Below, piece by piece: positions 9,962-20,049 of a stretch of 32,000 bases of DNA. The translations under genes and the position numbers were made by a program. The notes below the pieces were generated by a model. The model saw nothing but the letters and a program-made list of their open reading frames with translations, made no database searches and was not told where the DNA came from. The DNA is taken from positions 3,233,206-3,265,205 of the forward strand of contig NZ_CM001976.1 of the NCBI RefSeq assembly GCF_000406145.1, in the 5' to 3' direction. The stretch is from Dickeya dadantii NCPPB 898 (GTDB taxonomy: Bacteria; Pseudomonadota; Gammaproteobacteria; Enterobacterales; Enterobacteriaceae). Within the stretch, counting starts at the first letter, position 1, and each line of letters starts with the position of its first letter.

Positions 9962-10417
9962 TCAAAGATCGTCCAGGAACGTCTTATCGAGCTGCCTGAA
10001 GGCACGATTCAGCACATCCGCCAGCATCTGATAAGTGGGATGCCCTTCCACCGGCGCCAGCGCCATTCCCGACTCCAGCAGCTTATTACGGATTTCATGA
10101 AACCACTGTAATAAAGAAGGCGGCAACGGCGTGACCGAACGCCGCCCCAGCCACCAGAGTCCCTGCATCGGCAAACCAAGGGCAAACAGCGCGGTAGCCA
10201 CACTCGGCCCCAGCTGCCCGCCCAGCGCGATTTGCCAGGTCAGGGTAAAAACGGCCAGCGGCGGCATGATACGAATAGCAAACCGGGTGGCGCGCGCCAC
10301 GCGATTTTCAGGAAACACCGGCGCCAAACGTTTGTCCGCCGGCCAGGTTTTCATATAGTGCTGGCCCAGACGGAACAGCTGTAGCCATCCTGTCTTACCG
10401 GAGGGTTTCGTCGTCAT
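9962..10417 (-). CDS. yfbV: UPF0208 inner-membrane protein YfbV
   Basis: The ORF contains ..[76 protein letters not shown] and is collinear with E. coli YfbV. The ATG at 10417 gives 151 aa and has a GAGG RBS. The track uses an upstream GTG at 10435. Confidence 0.93.
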   Translation of the reverse strand: MTTKPSGKTGWLQLFRLGQHYMKTWPADKRLAPVFPENRVARATRFAIRIMPPLAVFTLTWQIALGGQLGPSVATALFALGLPMQGLWWLGRRSVTPLPPSLLQWFHEIRNKLLESGMALAPVEGHPTYQMLADVLNRAFRQLDKTFLDDL

Positions 10418-10879
10418 GCTCGACCTCAACTTCACATATAAAAAATAAAAATTTTGTACAAAACACCAACTGCAATTGACAAGCTTAAAATATATTTTGT
10501 GTTTAATGATTGCTATCGGTATCCTAAAATAGCCTTTTGGGCCGCGATAAAAAGCCGTATGACGCCGTTTTGTGCTCGCTGTTTAGCCATCCGCTGTTTC
10601 AGACAGCGTTTCGCCGTGTCGGCTGGCGAATCCGGCCACTGTTGATTCAGCGCGCAGCAAACGCCATGTGTGTCTGCTGCCGCCGTTTTTGTCGCGCCGA
10701 TGTCGCCTTGCCGGAAGCGTTCAATCCGCTGCCGGGCGGTTGCCACATCGGCGTTTTCCGCTGTCATGTCTGGAAATATCACCCGGCCATGATGTTAATC
10801 ATAAATGTCAACCGCCTTCTGCGCTACGCTGGCTGTTGTATGACATTTTTTTAACCATGTATAACAAGTAGGTACTTCC

Positions 10880-12082
10880 ATGTCGAGTAAGTTAGTACTG
10901 GTCCTTAACTGTGGCAGTTCTTCCCTGAAGTTCGCCATCATTGATGCCATCAGCGGAGACGAATACCTGTCTGGCCTGGCCGAGTGTTTCAACCTGCCTG
11001 AAGCGCGCATCAAATGGAAAATCGATGGCGGTAAACAGGAAGCTGCACTGGGTGCCGGTGCCGCCCACAGCGAAGCACTGAGTTTCATCGTTAACACCAT
11101 TCTCAGCCAGAAGCCGGAGCTGTCCGCCCAACTGGTGGCGATTGGTCATCGTATCGTACATGGCGGTGAGAAATTCACGCAATCAGCGGTTATCAACGAC
11201 GACGTGCTGCAGGGCATCAAAGACGCAGTTCCGTTCGCACCGCTGCACAACCCGGCTCACCTGATCGGCATCGCAGAAGCCCTGAAAGAGTTCCCGAACC
11301 TGAAAGACAAGAATGTCGCTGTTTTCGACACCGCGTTCCATCAGACCATGCCGGAAGAAGCCTACCTGTACGCCCTGCCGTACAAATTATACAAAGAACA
11401 CCACATCCGCCGTTACGGCGCTCACGGTACCAGCCACTACTTCGTTTCCCGTGAAGCGGCGAAAGCCCTGAACAAGCCGGTAGACGAACTGAACGTGATC
11501 ACCTGCCACCTGGGCAACGGCGGTTCCGTTACCGCTATCCGCAACGGTCAGTGCGTGGATACCTCTATGGGTCTGACTCCGCTGGAAGGTCTGGTGATGG
11601 GTACCCGCAGCGGCGATATCGACCCGGCGGTAGTATTCCACCTGCACGATTCTCTGGGCATGAGCGTAGACAGCATCAACAAGCTGCTGACCAAAGAATC
11701 CGGCCTGCTGGGTCTGACTGAAGTCACCAGCGACTGCCGTTATGTGGAAGACAACTACGAAACCAAGGAAGACGCTAAACGCGCCATGAACGTGTACTGC
11801 CATCGTCTGGCGAAGTACATCGGTTCTTACTCTGCGCTGATGGAAGGTCGTCTGGACGCGGTGATCTTCACCGGCGGCATCGGCGAAAACGCGGCGATGG
11901 TGCGTGAGCTGACGCTGAAGCAGCTGGGCCTGCTGGGCTTTGAAGTCGACCACGAACGCAACCTGGCCGCCCGTTTCGGCAAAGGCGGCAACATCGCCAA
12001 AGACGGCGCCCGCCCGGCGCTGGTTATCCCGACCAACGAAGAGTTGGTCATCGCTCAGGACGCGCTGCGCCTGACCGCCTGA
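10880..12082 (+). CDS. ackA: Acetate kinase
   Basis: The 400-aa [26 protein letters not shown]... has the same length as E. coli AckA and is nearly identical to it at the N-terminus. Confidence 0.98.
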   Translation: MSSKLVLVLNCGSSSLKFAIIDAISGDEYLSGLAECFNLPEARIKWKIDGGKQEAALGAGAAHSEALSFIVNTILSQKPELSAQLVAIGHRIVHGGEKFTQSAVINDDVLQGIKDAVPFAPLHNPAHLIGIAEALKEFPNLKDKNVAVFDTAFHQTMPEEAYLYALPYKLYKEHHIRRYGAHGTSHYFVSREAAKALNKPVDELNVITCHLGNGGSVTAIRNGQCVDTSMGLTPLEGLVMGTRSGDIDPAVVFHLHDSLGMSVDSINKLLTKESGLLGLTEVTSDCRYVEDNYETKEDAKRAMNVYCHRLAKYIGSYSALMEGRLDAVIFTGGIGENAAMVRELTLKQLGLLGFEVDHERNLAARFGKGGNIAKDGARPALVIPTNEELVIAQDALRLTA

Positions 12083-12094
12083 TAAGTCTCCCCA

Positions 12095-12125
12095 CTCCGT
12101 CAGCTTCGGCTGACGGAGTTGTTTT
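12095..12125 (+). terminator. ackA-pta intercistronic hairpin (attenuator / partial terminator)
   Basis: A perfect 10-bp stem CTCCGTCAGC / GCTGACGGAG closes a TTCG tetraloop and is followed by TTGTTTT. It begins 13 nt after the ackA stop and about 50 nt before the pta GTG. Confidence 0.65.
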
Positions 12126-12173
12126 AGAAGCATCGTTTTTGAACAACGAGCAACCGCAAACAGAGGTTAAGCC

Positions 12174-14315
12174 GTGTCCCGTACAATCATGTTGATTCCT
12201 ACTGGCACCAGCGTGGGCCTGACCAGCGTCAGCCTGGGTGTCATTCGTTCCATGGAACAAAAAGGCGTGCGCCTGAGCGTATTCAAGCCGATCGCACAGC
12301 CGCGTTCCGGTGACAGCGCACTGGATCAGACCACTACCATCGTCCGCGCCACCTCCGCCATTCCGGCCGCCGAGCCGCTGACGATGAGCTATGTGGAGTC
12401 GATGCTGAGCAGCAACCAGCAGGACGTGCTGCTGGAAGAAATCATCGCCCGCTATCACGAAAACACCAAAGACGCTGAAGTCGTGCTGGTGGAAGGCCTG
12501 GTGCCGACCCGCAAACATCAGTTCGCCAACGCGCTGAACTATGAAATCGCCAAAACGCTGAACGCGGAAATCGTCTTCGTACTGGCGCTGGGCAACGATT
12601 CCCCGGCACAGTTGAAAGAGCGCATCGACATCGCCCGTTCCAGCTTCGGCGGCAGCAAGAATAAAAACATCACCGGCGTTATCATCAACAAACTGAACGC
12701 ACCGGTGGATGAGCAGGGTCGCACCCGTCCTGATCTGTCCGAAATCTTCGACGACTCCACCAAAGCCAGCGTCGCCAATGTCGATCCGAAGCTGCTGTTT
12801 GCCAACAGCCCGCTGCCGATTCTGGGCTGCGTGCCGTGGAGCTTTGATCTGATCGCTACCCGCGCCATCGACATGGCTAACCACCTGAACGCACGCGTTA
12901 TCAACGCCGGCGACATTCAGACCCGTCGCGTGAAATCGGTGACCTTCTGCGCCCGCAGCATTCCGCATATGCTGGAACATTTCCGCCCGGGTTCGCTGCT
13001 GGTGACCTCCGCCGACCGTCCGGACGTACTGGTTGCCGCCTGCCTGGCCGCCATGAACGGTGTTGAAATCGGCGCTCTGCTGCTGACCGGCGGTTACGAA
13101 ATCGACCCGGCCATCAGCAAGCTGTGCGAACGCGCCTTCCAGACCGGCCTGCCGGTATTCATGGTCAACACCAACACCTGGCAGACCTCGCTGAACCTGC
13201 AGAGCTTCAACCTGGAACTGCCGGCCGACGACCACGAGCGCGTGGAAAAAGTGCAGGAATACGTGGCACGCCATATCGATACCCAGTGGATCGATTCGCT
13301 GACCGCCACCTCCGAGCGTTCACGCCGTCTGTCTCCGCCGGCGTTCCGCTATCAGCTGACCGAACTGGCGCGTCAGGCCAGCAAACGCATCGTGCTGCCG
13401 GAAGGCGACGAGCCGCGTACCGTTAAAGCGGCGTCCATCTGCGCCGAGCGCGGCATCGCGCAATGCGTATTGCTGGGCAACCCGGATGAAATTCAGCGCG
13501 TCGCGGCTGCACAGGGCGTTGAGCTGGGCAAAGGCATCGAGATCGTCGATCCGGTCGAGGCTCGTGAGCGCTATGTCCCGCGTCTGGTCGAACTGCGTAA
13601 GAGCAAAGGCATGACCGAAGTGGTCGCCCGCGAACAGTTGGAAGACAACGTGGTGCTGGGCACCCTGATGCTGGAACAAGGCGAAGTAGACGGTCTGGTA
13701 TCCGGCGCGGTTCACACTACCGCCAACACCATCCGTCCGCCGTTGCAGTTGATCAAAACCGCACCGGGCAGCTCGCTGGTATCTTCCGTGTTCTTCATGC
13801 TGCTGCCGGAACAGGTGCTGGTGTATGGCGACTGCGCCATCAACCCGGATCCGACCGCTGAACAGCTGGCTGAAATCGCTATCCAGTCCGCCGACTCCGC
13901 CGCCGCTTTCGGCATCGAACCGCGCGTGGCGATGATCTCCTACTCGACCGGTAACTCCGGCGCCGGCAGCGATGTGGATAAAGTCCGCGAAGCGACCCGT
14001 CTGGCGCAGGAAAAACGTCCGGATCTAGTGATCGACGGTCCGCTGCAGTACGACGCCGCCATCATGGCCGACGTGGCACTGTCTAAAGCGCCGAACTCAC
14101 CGGTTGCGGGTAAAGCCACCGTGTTCGTGTTCCCGGACCTCAACACCGGCAACACCACCTACAAAGCGGTACAGCGTTCCGCCGACCTGATCTCCATCGG
14201 GCCGATGCTGCAAGGCATGCGCAAGCCGGTTAACGACCTGTCCCGCGGCGCACTGGTGGACGACATTGTCTACACCGTAGCGCTGACCGCCATTCAGGCC
14301 ACCCAGATCGCCTGA
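12174..14315 (+). CDS. pta: Phosphate acetyltransferase
   Basis: The 713-aa ORF (GTG start) [43 protein letters not shown]... is collinear with E. coli Pta over its whole length. Confidence 0.98.
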   Translation: MSRTIMLIPTGTSVGLTSVSLGVIRSMEQKGVRLSVFKPIAQPRSGDSALDQTTTIVRATSAIPAAEPLTMSYVESMLSSNQQDVLLEEIIARYHENTKDAEVVLVEGLVPTRKHQFANALNYEIAKTLNAEIVFVLALGNDSPAQLKERIDIARSSFGGSKNKNITGVIINKLNAPVDEQGRTRPDLSEIFDDSTKASVANVDPKLLFANSPLPILGCVPWSFDLIATRAIDMANHLNARVINAGDIQTRRVKSVTFCARSIPHMLEHFRPGSLLVTSADRPDVLVAACLAAMNGVEIGALLLTGGYEIDPAISKLCERAFQTGLPVFMVNTNTWQTSLNLQSFNLELPADDHERVEKVQEYVARHIDTQWIDSLTATSERSRRLSPPAFRYQLTELARQASKRIVLPEGDEPRTVKAASICAERGIAQCVLLGNPDEIQRVAAAQGVELGKGIEIVDPVEARERYVPRLVELRKSKGMTEVVAREQLEDNVVLGTLMLEQGEVDGLVSGAVHTTANTIRPPLQLIKTAPGSSLVSSVFFMLLPEQVLVYGDCAINPDPTAEQLAEIAIQSADSAAAFGIEPRVAMISYSTGNSGAGSDVDKVREATRLAQEKRPDLVIDGPLQYDAAIMADVALSKAPNSPVAGKATVFVFPDLNTGNTTYKAVQRSADLISIGPMLQGMRKPVNDLSRGALVDDIVYTVALTAIQATQIA

Positions 14316-14363
14316 TCGACGGCATTACCGGCGCGCCTTTCGCTACGCCGGTAACACCGAAGC

Positions 14364-14393
14364 AAAAACGCCAGCAAATGCTGGCGTTTTTTT
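14364..14393. terminator. Bidirectional rho-independent terminator between convergent pta and yfcD
   Basis: The stem CGCCAGC / GCTGGCG has loop AAAT. It is flanked by a 5-A run upstream and a 7-T run downstream. A second 9-bp hairpin (TTACCGGCG..CGCCGGTAA, 14325-14354) precedes it. Confidence 0.85.
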
Positions 14394-14420
14394 ATGGGTA
14401 ATCTTTCGGCACAACCAAAC

Positions 14421-15035
14421 TCAATGCTCTTCTTCTACCGCATCGCGATCTTCCGTTCCGGCCGAATCATCATCGTTCTGGGATCGTGACGCAACTCGCT
14501 GCGGTTTGACATAGTCGTTGCTGCCGCTGTTGCGGCTTAGCCATAGCGACAATGCCTTGAGCGAATCCGGGGTGAACTCATCGCAGCGCGCGGTAATCTC
14601 CTCCGGCGTCAGCCAACTGACTTCGTCAATCTCTTCCGCCTGCAGGGCAAACGGGCCATGCATGACGCAGCTGAACAGCGCGCCCCATACCCGGCAGTCA
14701 TCGCTTTCGTAGTAAAACAGACCGTGTTCGGCAAACGGCACGCCGGCGATTCCCAGCTCCTCTTCCGCTTCACGGCGCGCCGATTCCAGCAGATTTTCGC
14801 CGCTTTGCACCACGCCGCCTGCGGTTGCATCCAGCCAGCCGGGGTAAAAATCTTTGGTTTCGGTGCGGCGCTGGACCAAAATCTTGCCCATGCCATCATG
14901 TACAACAATATAGGTAGCACGGTGCCGCAGGTGCTGAGCGCGCATCTGCTGGCGACTCGACTGGGCGATAACCTCGTTGTTTTCATCAACGATGTCGACC
15001 CACTCCGTGCCTGCCGTCTGTGTTTGTTCCACCAT
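14421..15035 (-). CDS. yfcD: Nudix hydrolase YfcD
   Basis: The 204-aa ORF has a Nudix box [24 protein letters not shown]. It is collinear with E. coli YfcD (..[48 protein letters not shown]..). It carries about 24 extra acidic C-terminal residues. Confidence 0.94.
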   Translation of the reverse strand: MVEQTQTAGTEWVDIVDENNEVIAQSSRQQMRAQHLRHRATYIVVHDGMGKILVQRRTETKDFYPGWLDATAGGVVQSGENLLESARREAEEELGIAGVPFAEHGLFYYESDDCRVWGALFSCVMHGPFALQAEEIDEVSWLTPEEITARCDEFTPDSLKALSLWLSRNSGSNDYVKPQRVASRSQNDDDSAGTEDRDAVEEEH

Positions 15036-15125
15036 CCTCTGAAACCCTTTCGTCGTGGCGCGGTCACGCGCATCAGTTTTTAAAAATATTGGAATTATTG
15101 ATGTGATGTGAGAGTAGCGTCTAAA

Positions 15126-15677
15126 TTAGTGGCTAATCGCGACCTGCGCAATAGTCTCCCCACCCTGCAATGGCACAACCTGCAACACGCCGTTATCCAG
15201 CAGGCCGTAACTGGCGGGATAACCGCCTTTCGGCAGGCTGACGGAGCCGGGATTGAAGCAAAAAATATCATCACGCCGTTCGGCCACCGGGAGATGGGTA
15301 TGGCCGAACACCAGCACGTCGCCGGCATGCAGCGGCGGTCGTTTTTCCGGGTGATACAAGTGCCCATGGGTCAGGAATAAGCGATTGTCAGGCAACAACA
15401 CCTGTTGCCAGGACGCGGTGATGGGAAACTGCAGCAGCATCTGGTCGACTTCGCTGTCGCAGTTACCCCGGACCGCTATAATCTGTGAAGCGTAGCGGTT
15501 GAGCAGGTTCGCCACGTCCGCCGGTTGGTAACGATCCGGCAATGGATTGCGGGGGCCGTGGTTGAGAAAATCGCCCAGCAGGATTAGCCAGTCGGCGCCG
15601 CTCTGTTCAAAACGAGCCAGCAGGGTTTCGGTGGCAGACAGCGAGCCATGCAGGTCAGACGCAAACATCAGTTTCAT
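15126..15677 (-). CDS. yfcE: Metallophosphoesterase YfcE
   Basis: From the ATG at 15677 the ORF reads MKLMFASDLHGSL..GDFLNHG..RGNCD..GHTHLP, with calcineurin-like phosphoesterase motifs. It is 183 aa, versus 184 aa for E. coli YfcE. The track start at 15740 adds 21 unconserved codons. Confidence 0.93.
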   Translation of the reverse strand: MKLMFASDLHGSLSATETLLARFEQSGADWLILLGDFLNHGPRNPLPDRYQPADVANLLNRYASQIIAVRGNCDSEVDQMLLQFPITASWQQVLLPDNRLFLTHGHLYHPEKRPPLHAGDVLVFGHTHLPVAERRDDIFCFNPGSVSLPKGGYPASYGLLDNGVLQVVPLQGGETIAQVAISH

Positions 15678-15928
15678 GGTTCCATCCCGATACGTGAGAA
15701 GATTCGGTCCCGCTATAGTACCAAAAACCCCTGTCATCACTGGTCAAAATTATTGGCTTATTGCGTTTCCGGCCAGATTCACCATGACGCGGTTATCTGT
15801 ATGAAAGGAAAAGAACAGCCATAACGGTTATTTATGTTTTATCCGGGAAAGTGCTAGGCTTTCACCTGCCCACTGTTTTTCAGAGTCCTCAGTCTCTGGC
15901 TGATGATGCCCCTATGGAGAGATAATTC

Positions 15929-16558
15929 ATGATTGACGTGTACTACGCTCCTACCCCGAACGGTCACAAAATCACCTTGTTCCTGGAAGAAGCACAGTTA
16001 CCTTATCAACTGCATCGCGTGGATATCGGCGCGGGCGAGCAGTTCAAACCCGAATTCCTGGCGATTTCCCCCAACAACAAGACCCCTGCTATCGTGGATC
16101 AACAGCCCGCCGATCGGGGCGCGCCGATCAGCCTGTTCGAATCCGGAGCCATTCTGCTCTATCTGGCCGAAAAAACCGGCAAGCTATTGAGCGCCGACGT
16201 ACGGGAGCGCGCCGACACCCTGCAATGGTTGTTCTGGCAGATGGCCGGTTTCGGGCCGATGCTGGGGCAAAACCATCACTTCAACCACTATGCGCCCCAG
16301 CCGGTGCCTTACGCTATCGACCGCTTCCAGAAGGAAACGGAGCGGCTGTATGGGGTGCTAAATAAACAACTGCATGACCACGCCTGGCTGGCGGGCAATG
16401 AGTACAGCATTGCCGACATCGCCACCTATCCGTGGGTTGTATTACACGATCGTCAGCGCATCGATATTGACGCCTTCCCGGCGGTGAAAAGCTGGTTTGA
16501 GCGCATCCGTGAGCGCCCGGCCACGCAGCGCGCCTACCAGCTCGCGGCGAAAGTCTGA
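15929..16558 (+). CDS. yfcG: GST-like disulfide-bond oxidoreductase YfcG
   Basis: The 209-aa ORF MIDVYYAPTPNGHKITLFLEEAQLPY..SLFESGAILLYLAEKTGK..LQWLFWQMAGFGPMLGQNHHFNHYAP is collinear with E. coli YfcG. A GGAGAG RBS precedes it. Confidence 0.93.
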   Translation: MIDVYYAPTPNGHKITLFLEEAQLPYQLHRVDIGAGEQFKPEFLAISPNNKTPAIVDQQPADRGAPISLFESGAILLYLAEKTGKLLSADVRERADTLQWLFWQMAGFGPMLGQNHHFNHYAPQPVPYAIDRFQKETERLYGVLNKQLHDHAWLAGNEYSIADIATYPWVVLHDRQRIDIDAFPAVKSWFERIRERPATQRAYQLAAKV

Positions 16559-16571
16559 TCCGGCTTGCCGC

Positions 16572-16593
16572 CACGCCCGGTTTACCGGGCGTG
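16572..16593 (+). terminator. Hairpin after yfcG (terminator candidate)
   Basis: The stem CACGCCCGG / CCGGGCGTG (9 bp) has loop TTTA and begins 14 nt after the yfcG stop. The trailing T-run is poor (ATTTCCCC). Confidence 0.5.
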
Positions 16594-16830
16594 ATTTCCC
16601 CTCGATTATTTACTGCCATCACGCTATTTGCTGTCATCCTGTCACGCTATGCTATTGGTTTGGAAAGTGCTTGTTCCGCTGATAAAAGTTCCCTGAGATG
16701 TGGTTAATATCACCGGCAGGCGAAAGCGAATCATCTATGCTGAAACCGAGATGGAGAGACGGTGTTCCAGTGGGCCTAGTACAACTGCCCGACGGAAGGG
16801 AATAACCTGAGATACGAAGCGAGGCCAGCT

Positions 16831-17739
16831 ATGAAGTTACTGATCACCGGGGGAACCGGCCTTATTGGACGTCATCTGATTGCGCGTTTGCTGTCCCTGT
16901 CACATCAGGTAACCGTAGTAACCCGATCTCCAGAACGCGCGCGACGACTGTGGGGCGCTCAGGTCGATTACTGGCGTGGACTGGAGGAACAGACCTCGCT
17001 GGACGGTTTCGACGGCGTCATCAATCTGGCGGGTGAGCCGATCGCCGATAAACGCTGGACCAAAGCCCAAAAGGCGCGACTGTGCCAGAGCCGCTGGGAT
17101 ATTACCCGCCAGCTGACGCAGTTGATTCGCCAAAGTCAAACGCCGCCCGCGGTGTTGCTGTCCGGCTCGGCCGTCGGCTATTACGGCGATCAGGGGCAAG
17201 CGTTGGTGACCGAAGATGAACCACCCCACGACGATTTTACCCATGAACTCTGCGCTCGCTGGGAAGCGCTGGCGCTGGAAGCGGAAAGCGACCAGACCCG
17301 CGTCGGCCTGTTGCGCACCGGCGTGGTGCTGTCTACCGAAGGCGGCGCGCTGGCGAAAATGCTGCCGGTTTTCCGGCTGGGGCTGGGCGGTCCGATCGGC
17401 TCCGGCAAGCAATATCTGCCGTGGATTCACATTGACGATATGACCAACGCTATTTTGTACCTGCTGGATAACCCGATTCTGAGCGGCCCATTCAACATGG
17501 TGTCGCCCTATCCGGTGCGTAACGAGAAATTTTCCGCCATGCTGGCGAGCGCGTTGGATCGCCCCGGCTTTATGCGCACACCCGGCTGGGCGCTCAGGAT
17601 ATTGATGGGCGAAGCGGCGACGTTACTGCTAGGTGGGCAACGGGCGATTCCGCAACGGTTGGAGAAAGCCGGTTTCGGTTTTCGCTTCTTTGAACTAGAA
17701 GAGGCGCTGAACGATTTGCTGCATCCCCGCGCCGGCTGA
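16831..17739 (+). CDS. yfcH: Epimerase-family (SDR-like, DUF1731) protein YfcH
   Basis: The 302-aa [75 protein letters not shown] is collinear with E. coli YfcH. Confidence 0.93.
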   Translation: MKLLITGGTGLIGRHLIARLLSLSHQVTVVTRSPERARRLWGAQVDYWRGLEEQTSLDGFDGVINLAGEPIADKRWTKAQKARLCQSRWDITRQLTQLIRQSQTPPAVLLSGSAVGYYGDQGQALVTEDEPPHDDFTHELCARWEALALEAESDQTRVGLLRTGVVLSTEGGALAKMLPVFRLGLGGPIGSGKQYLPWIHIDDMTNAILYLLDNPILSGPFNMVSPYPVRNEKFSAMLASALDRPGFMRTPGWALRILMGEAATLLLGGQRAIPQRLEKAGFGFRFFELEEALNDLLHPRAG

Positions 17740-17780
17740 TCGGGTCAACCGGCGCGGGAGCGCCGTGGCGGTACGGCACG

Positions 17781-18554
17781 TTACTTCAGCGCGCCGGACA
17801 GGAACTGCTGCAAACGCGGGCTTTGCGGGTTGCCGAACACTGCCTCCGGCGGCCCTTCTTCCTCCACCAGCCCCTGATGCAGGAAAATCACATGGCTGGA
17901 GACATGCCGGGCGAACTCCATTTCATGGGTCACCACCACCATGGTTTTACCCTCTTCCGCCAGTTGCTGCATGATGCGCAGCACTTCACCCACCAGTTCC
18001 GGATCCAGTGCCGACGTTGGTTCGTCAAACAGCAGCACATCAGGTTCCATTGCCAGCGCGCGGGCGATAGACACACGCTGCTGCTGGCCGCCGGACAAGT
18101 CGGCGGGGTACTTTTCCTGTGATGCGCCGGTGATTCCCACCTTGTTCAGGTAGAACTCAGCTCGTTTGCGGGCTTCCGCCTTGCTCAACCCCAGCACCTG
18201 CACCGGCGCTTCCATCACGTTTTCCAGCGCGGTCATGAAGCTCCACAGGTTGAAATGCTGGAATACCATCGTCAACCGGGTGCGCAGCAACTGTAGCTGT
18301 TTCTTGTCGAATACCTTGAGCTGTCCGTCTTTGTCTCGCACCATGTGAATTTCCTGACCATTCACATGGATCGACCCTTCACAGGGTTTTTCCAGAAAGT
18401 TGATACAGCGCAACAAGGTGCTTTTACCCGACCCCGATGACCCGATAATGGAAATAACGTCCCCGGCTTTAGCCTGTAATGAAATGCCTTTCAGCACTTC
18501 ATGCTGACCATAACGCTTACGTAATTCCGTCACCATCAGCTTATTATTCTGCAT
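17781..18554 (-). CDS. hisP: Histidine/basic amino-acid ABC transporter, ATP-binding protein
   Basis: The 257-aa ORF has Walker [10 protein letters not shown], the signature [15 protein letters not shown] and Walker [12 protein letters not shown]. Its length equals that of E. coli HisP. Confidence 0.96.
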   Translation of the reverse strand: MQNNKLMVTELRKRYGQHEVLKGISLQAKAGDVISIIGSSGSGKSTLLRCINFLEKPCEGSIHVNGQEIHMVRDKDGQLKVFDKKQLQLLRTRLTMVFQHFNLWSFMTALENVMEAPVQVLGLSKAEARKRAEFYLNKVGITGASQEKYPADLSGGQQQRVSIARALAMEPDVLLFDEPTSALDPELVGEVLRIMQQLAEEGKTMVVVTHEMEFARHVSSHVIFLHQGLVEEEGPPEAVFGNPQSPRLQQFLSGALK

Positions 18555-18576
18555 GCTTTGTCTGTTCCTGCACGGT

Positions 18577-19293
18577 TTAATGGGATGAACGGGTATGAAG
18601 ATGCCGTAACCAGCGGCGCTCGGCCTTTCTGAACAACGAGATCAGCACGAACGATACCGCCAGATACATCACGCCTGCGATGCCAAAGGCGTAAAACGGT
18701 TGGTAGGTGGCGGCATTGATGTCGCGCGCCACTTTCAGCAAATCCGGCACCGTTACGGTAAAGGCCAGCGCGGTGGAATGCAGCATCAGGATGACTTCGT
18801 TGCTGTAGGCGGGCAGCGCAATACGCAACGCGCCCGGCAAAATAACACAGCGGTACTGTTTGAAACGCGAAAAACCGTAGGCGCGCGCGGCTTCGATTTC
18901 GCCATGCGGCACCGAACGAATGGCGCCGGCGAAGATTTCAGTGGTATAGGCGCAGGTATTGAGCGCCAGCGCCAGAATGGCGCAATTCAGGCCGCTGCGA
19001 AAAAACGCGTTCAGCAGATCGGTGCCACGCACGATTTCCAGGCTGTACACGCCGGAGTAGAACACCAACAGTTGCACATACAGCGGCGTGCCGCGAAACA
19101 CATAGGTAAAGGCCCACACCGGCAACCGGTAACGACGACGGGGAGAAACGCGGGCTACCGCCAGCGGAACCGCCATCAACCCGCCGATGGTCACCGACAC
19201 AATCAGCAACCACAGCGTCATCGCCAGCCCGGTAAGGCGATAGCCGTCGCTCCACAGCAGGGCCTGCCAGTATTGTTGCAGAATCTCACTCAT
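18577..19293 (-). CDS. hisM: Histidine/basic amino-acid ABC transporter permease
   Basis: The 238-aa polytopic ORF matches E. coli HisM in length. Its start overlaps the hisQ stop by 8 nt. Confidence 0.95.
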   Translation of the reverse strand: MSEILQQYWQALLWSDGYRLTGLAMTLWLLIVSVTIGGLMAVPLAVARVSPRRRYRLPVWAFTYVFRGTPLYVQLLVFYSGVYSLEIVRGTDLLNAFFRSGLNCAILALALNTCAYTTEIFAGAIRSVPHGEIEAARAYGFSRFKQYRCVILPGALRIALPAYSNEVILMLHSTALAFTVTVPDLLKVARDINAATYQPFYAFGIAGVMYLAVSFVLISLFRKAERRWLRHLHTRSSH

Positions 19294-19975
19294 AATTTAC
19301 TTTCCGGACTCCCTGCGAGTAGCGTTTTTCCAGCCACCACAGCACCCCGTTGGACAGGGTGGTAAAAATCAGATACAGCACGCCGGCCACAATAGCGAAA
19401 AAGAACGGATGATGGGTTCCCTTTCCGGCCAGTTGGGTCGTTTTTATCACGTCGCTCAACCCAAGCAGCGACACCAGCGCGGTCGATTTGAGAATCACCT
19501 GCCAGTTGTTGCCGATTCCCGGCAGCGCAAAGCGCATCATCGACGGAAACATAATACGGCGGAACACTTTCATCGGCGTAAAACCAAACGCCACCGCCGC
19601 CTCAATCTGGCCGCGCGGCACCGCCAGATAAGCACCGCGGAAGGTTTCGGTGAAATAAGCGCCGTAAATAAATCCCAGCGTAATAATCCCCGCCGCCAGC
19701 GGGTCGATATCGATCTGATCCAGGCCAAGCGTCTCGGTGAGGCTGTTGAGCACCATCTGCAGACCGTAAAAAATCAGCAGCATCAGGACCAAGTCCGGCA
19801 CGCCGCGAATCAGGGTGGTGTAGCCGGAAAAACAGCCGGACAACACTCGATTGGACGACAGTTTTGCCGCCGCCCCCACCAGACCGATCAGCAGCGCTAG
19901 CACCAGCGAGCACAACGCCAGTTGCAGCGTCATGCGCGTGCCATCCATGATTAATTCGGAATAGCCATAAAGCAT
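19286..19975 (-). CDS. hisQ: Histidine/basic amino-acid ABC transporter permease
   Basis: From the ATG at 19975 the ORF reads MLYGYSELIMDGTRMTLQLALCS..GYTTLIRGVPDLVLMLLIFYGLQ.. It is 229 aa, versus 228 aa for E. coli HisQ. The track start at 20005 adds 10 unconserved codons. Confidence 0.94.
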   Translation of the reverse strand: MLYGYSELIMDGTRMTLQLALCSLVLALLIGLVGAAAKLSSNRVLSGCFSGYTTLIRGVPDLVLMLLIFYGLQMVLNSLTETLGLDQIDIDPLAAGIITLGFIYGAYFTETFRGAYLAVPRGQIEAAVAFGFTPMKVFRRIMFPSMMRFALPGIGNNWQVILKSTALVSLLGLSDVIKTTQLAGKGTHHPFFFAIVAGVLYLIFTTLSNGVLWWLEKRYSQGVRKVNYE

Positions 19976-20005
19976 TACATCAATCCGCTCAGAAAAGACA
20001 CACAT

Positions 20006-20026
20006 CTGCCTGCACGGAGCAGGCAG
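20006..20026 (-). other. GC-rich stem-loop in the hisJ-hisQ intercistronic spacer
   Basis: A perfect 8-bp inverted repeat CTGCCTGC / GCAGGCAG has a 5-nt loop. It lies between the hisJ stop (20050) and the hisQ start (19975). Confidence 0.7.
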
Positions 20027-20049
20027 AGGTTGAGGTTAACCAGGACGGT

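Noticed and set aside
10537-10871. Plus-strand ORFs (105 aa and 67 aa) in the yfbV-ackA spacer
   Set aside because: Their Cys/Arg-rich sequence is not protein-like. The opposite-strand frame looks more coding-like and is discussed as a low-confidence finding instead.
12048-13274. 408-aa and 248-aa (11387..12133) minus-strand ORFs
   Set aside because: These are antisense shadows of pta and ackA. Their composition is Gly/Ala/Val/Arg-rich, with no recognisable motifs and no RBS.
16692-16830. Possible riboswitch or leader upstream of yfcH (CCTGAGAT motifs reminiscent of the TPP-riboswitch CUGAGA element)
   Set aside because: Only the short CUGAGA-like strings match. The rest of the TPP aptamer (the ACCCTTTGAACCTGATCTGGATAATGCCAGCG-type core) is absent, and yfcH has no link to thiamine.
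17750-17780. Two small GC hairpins between convergent yfcH and hisP
   Set aside because: The stems are short (5-6 bp) and there is no U-run on either strand. I cannot support a terminator call.
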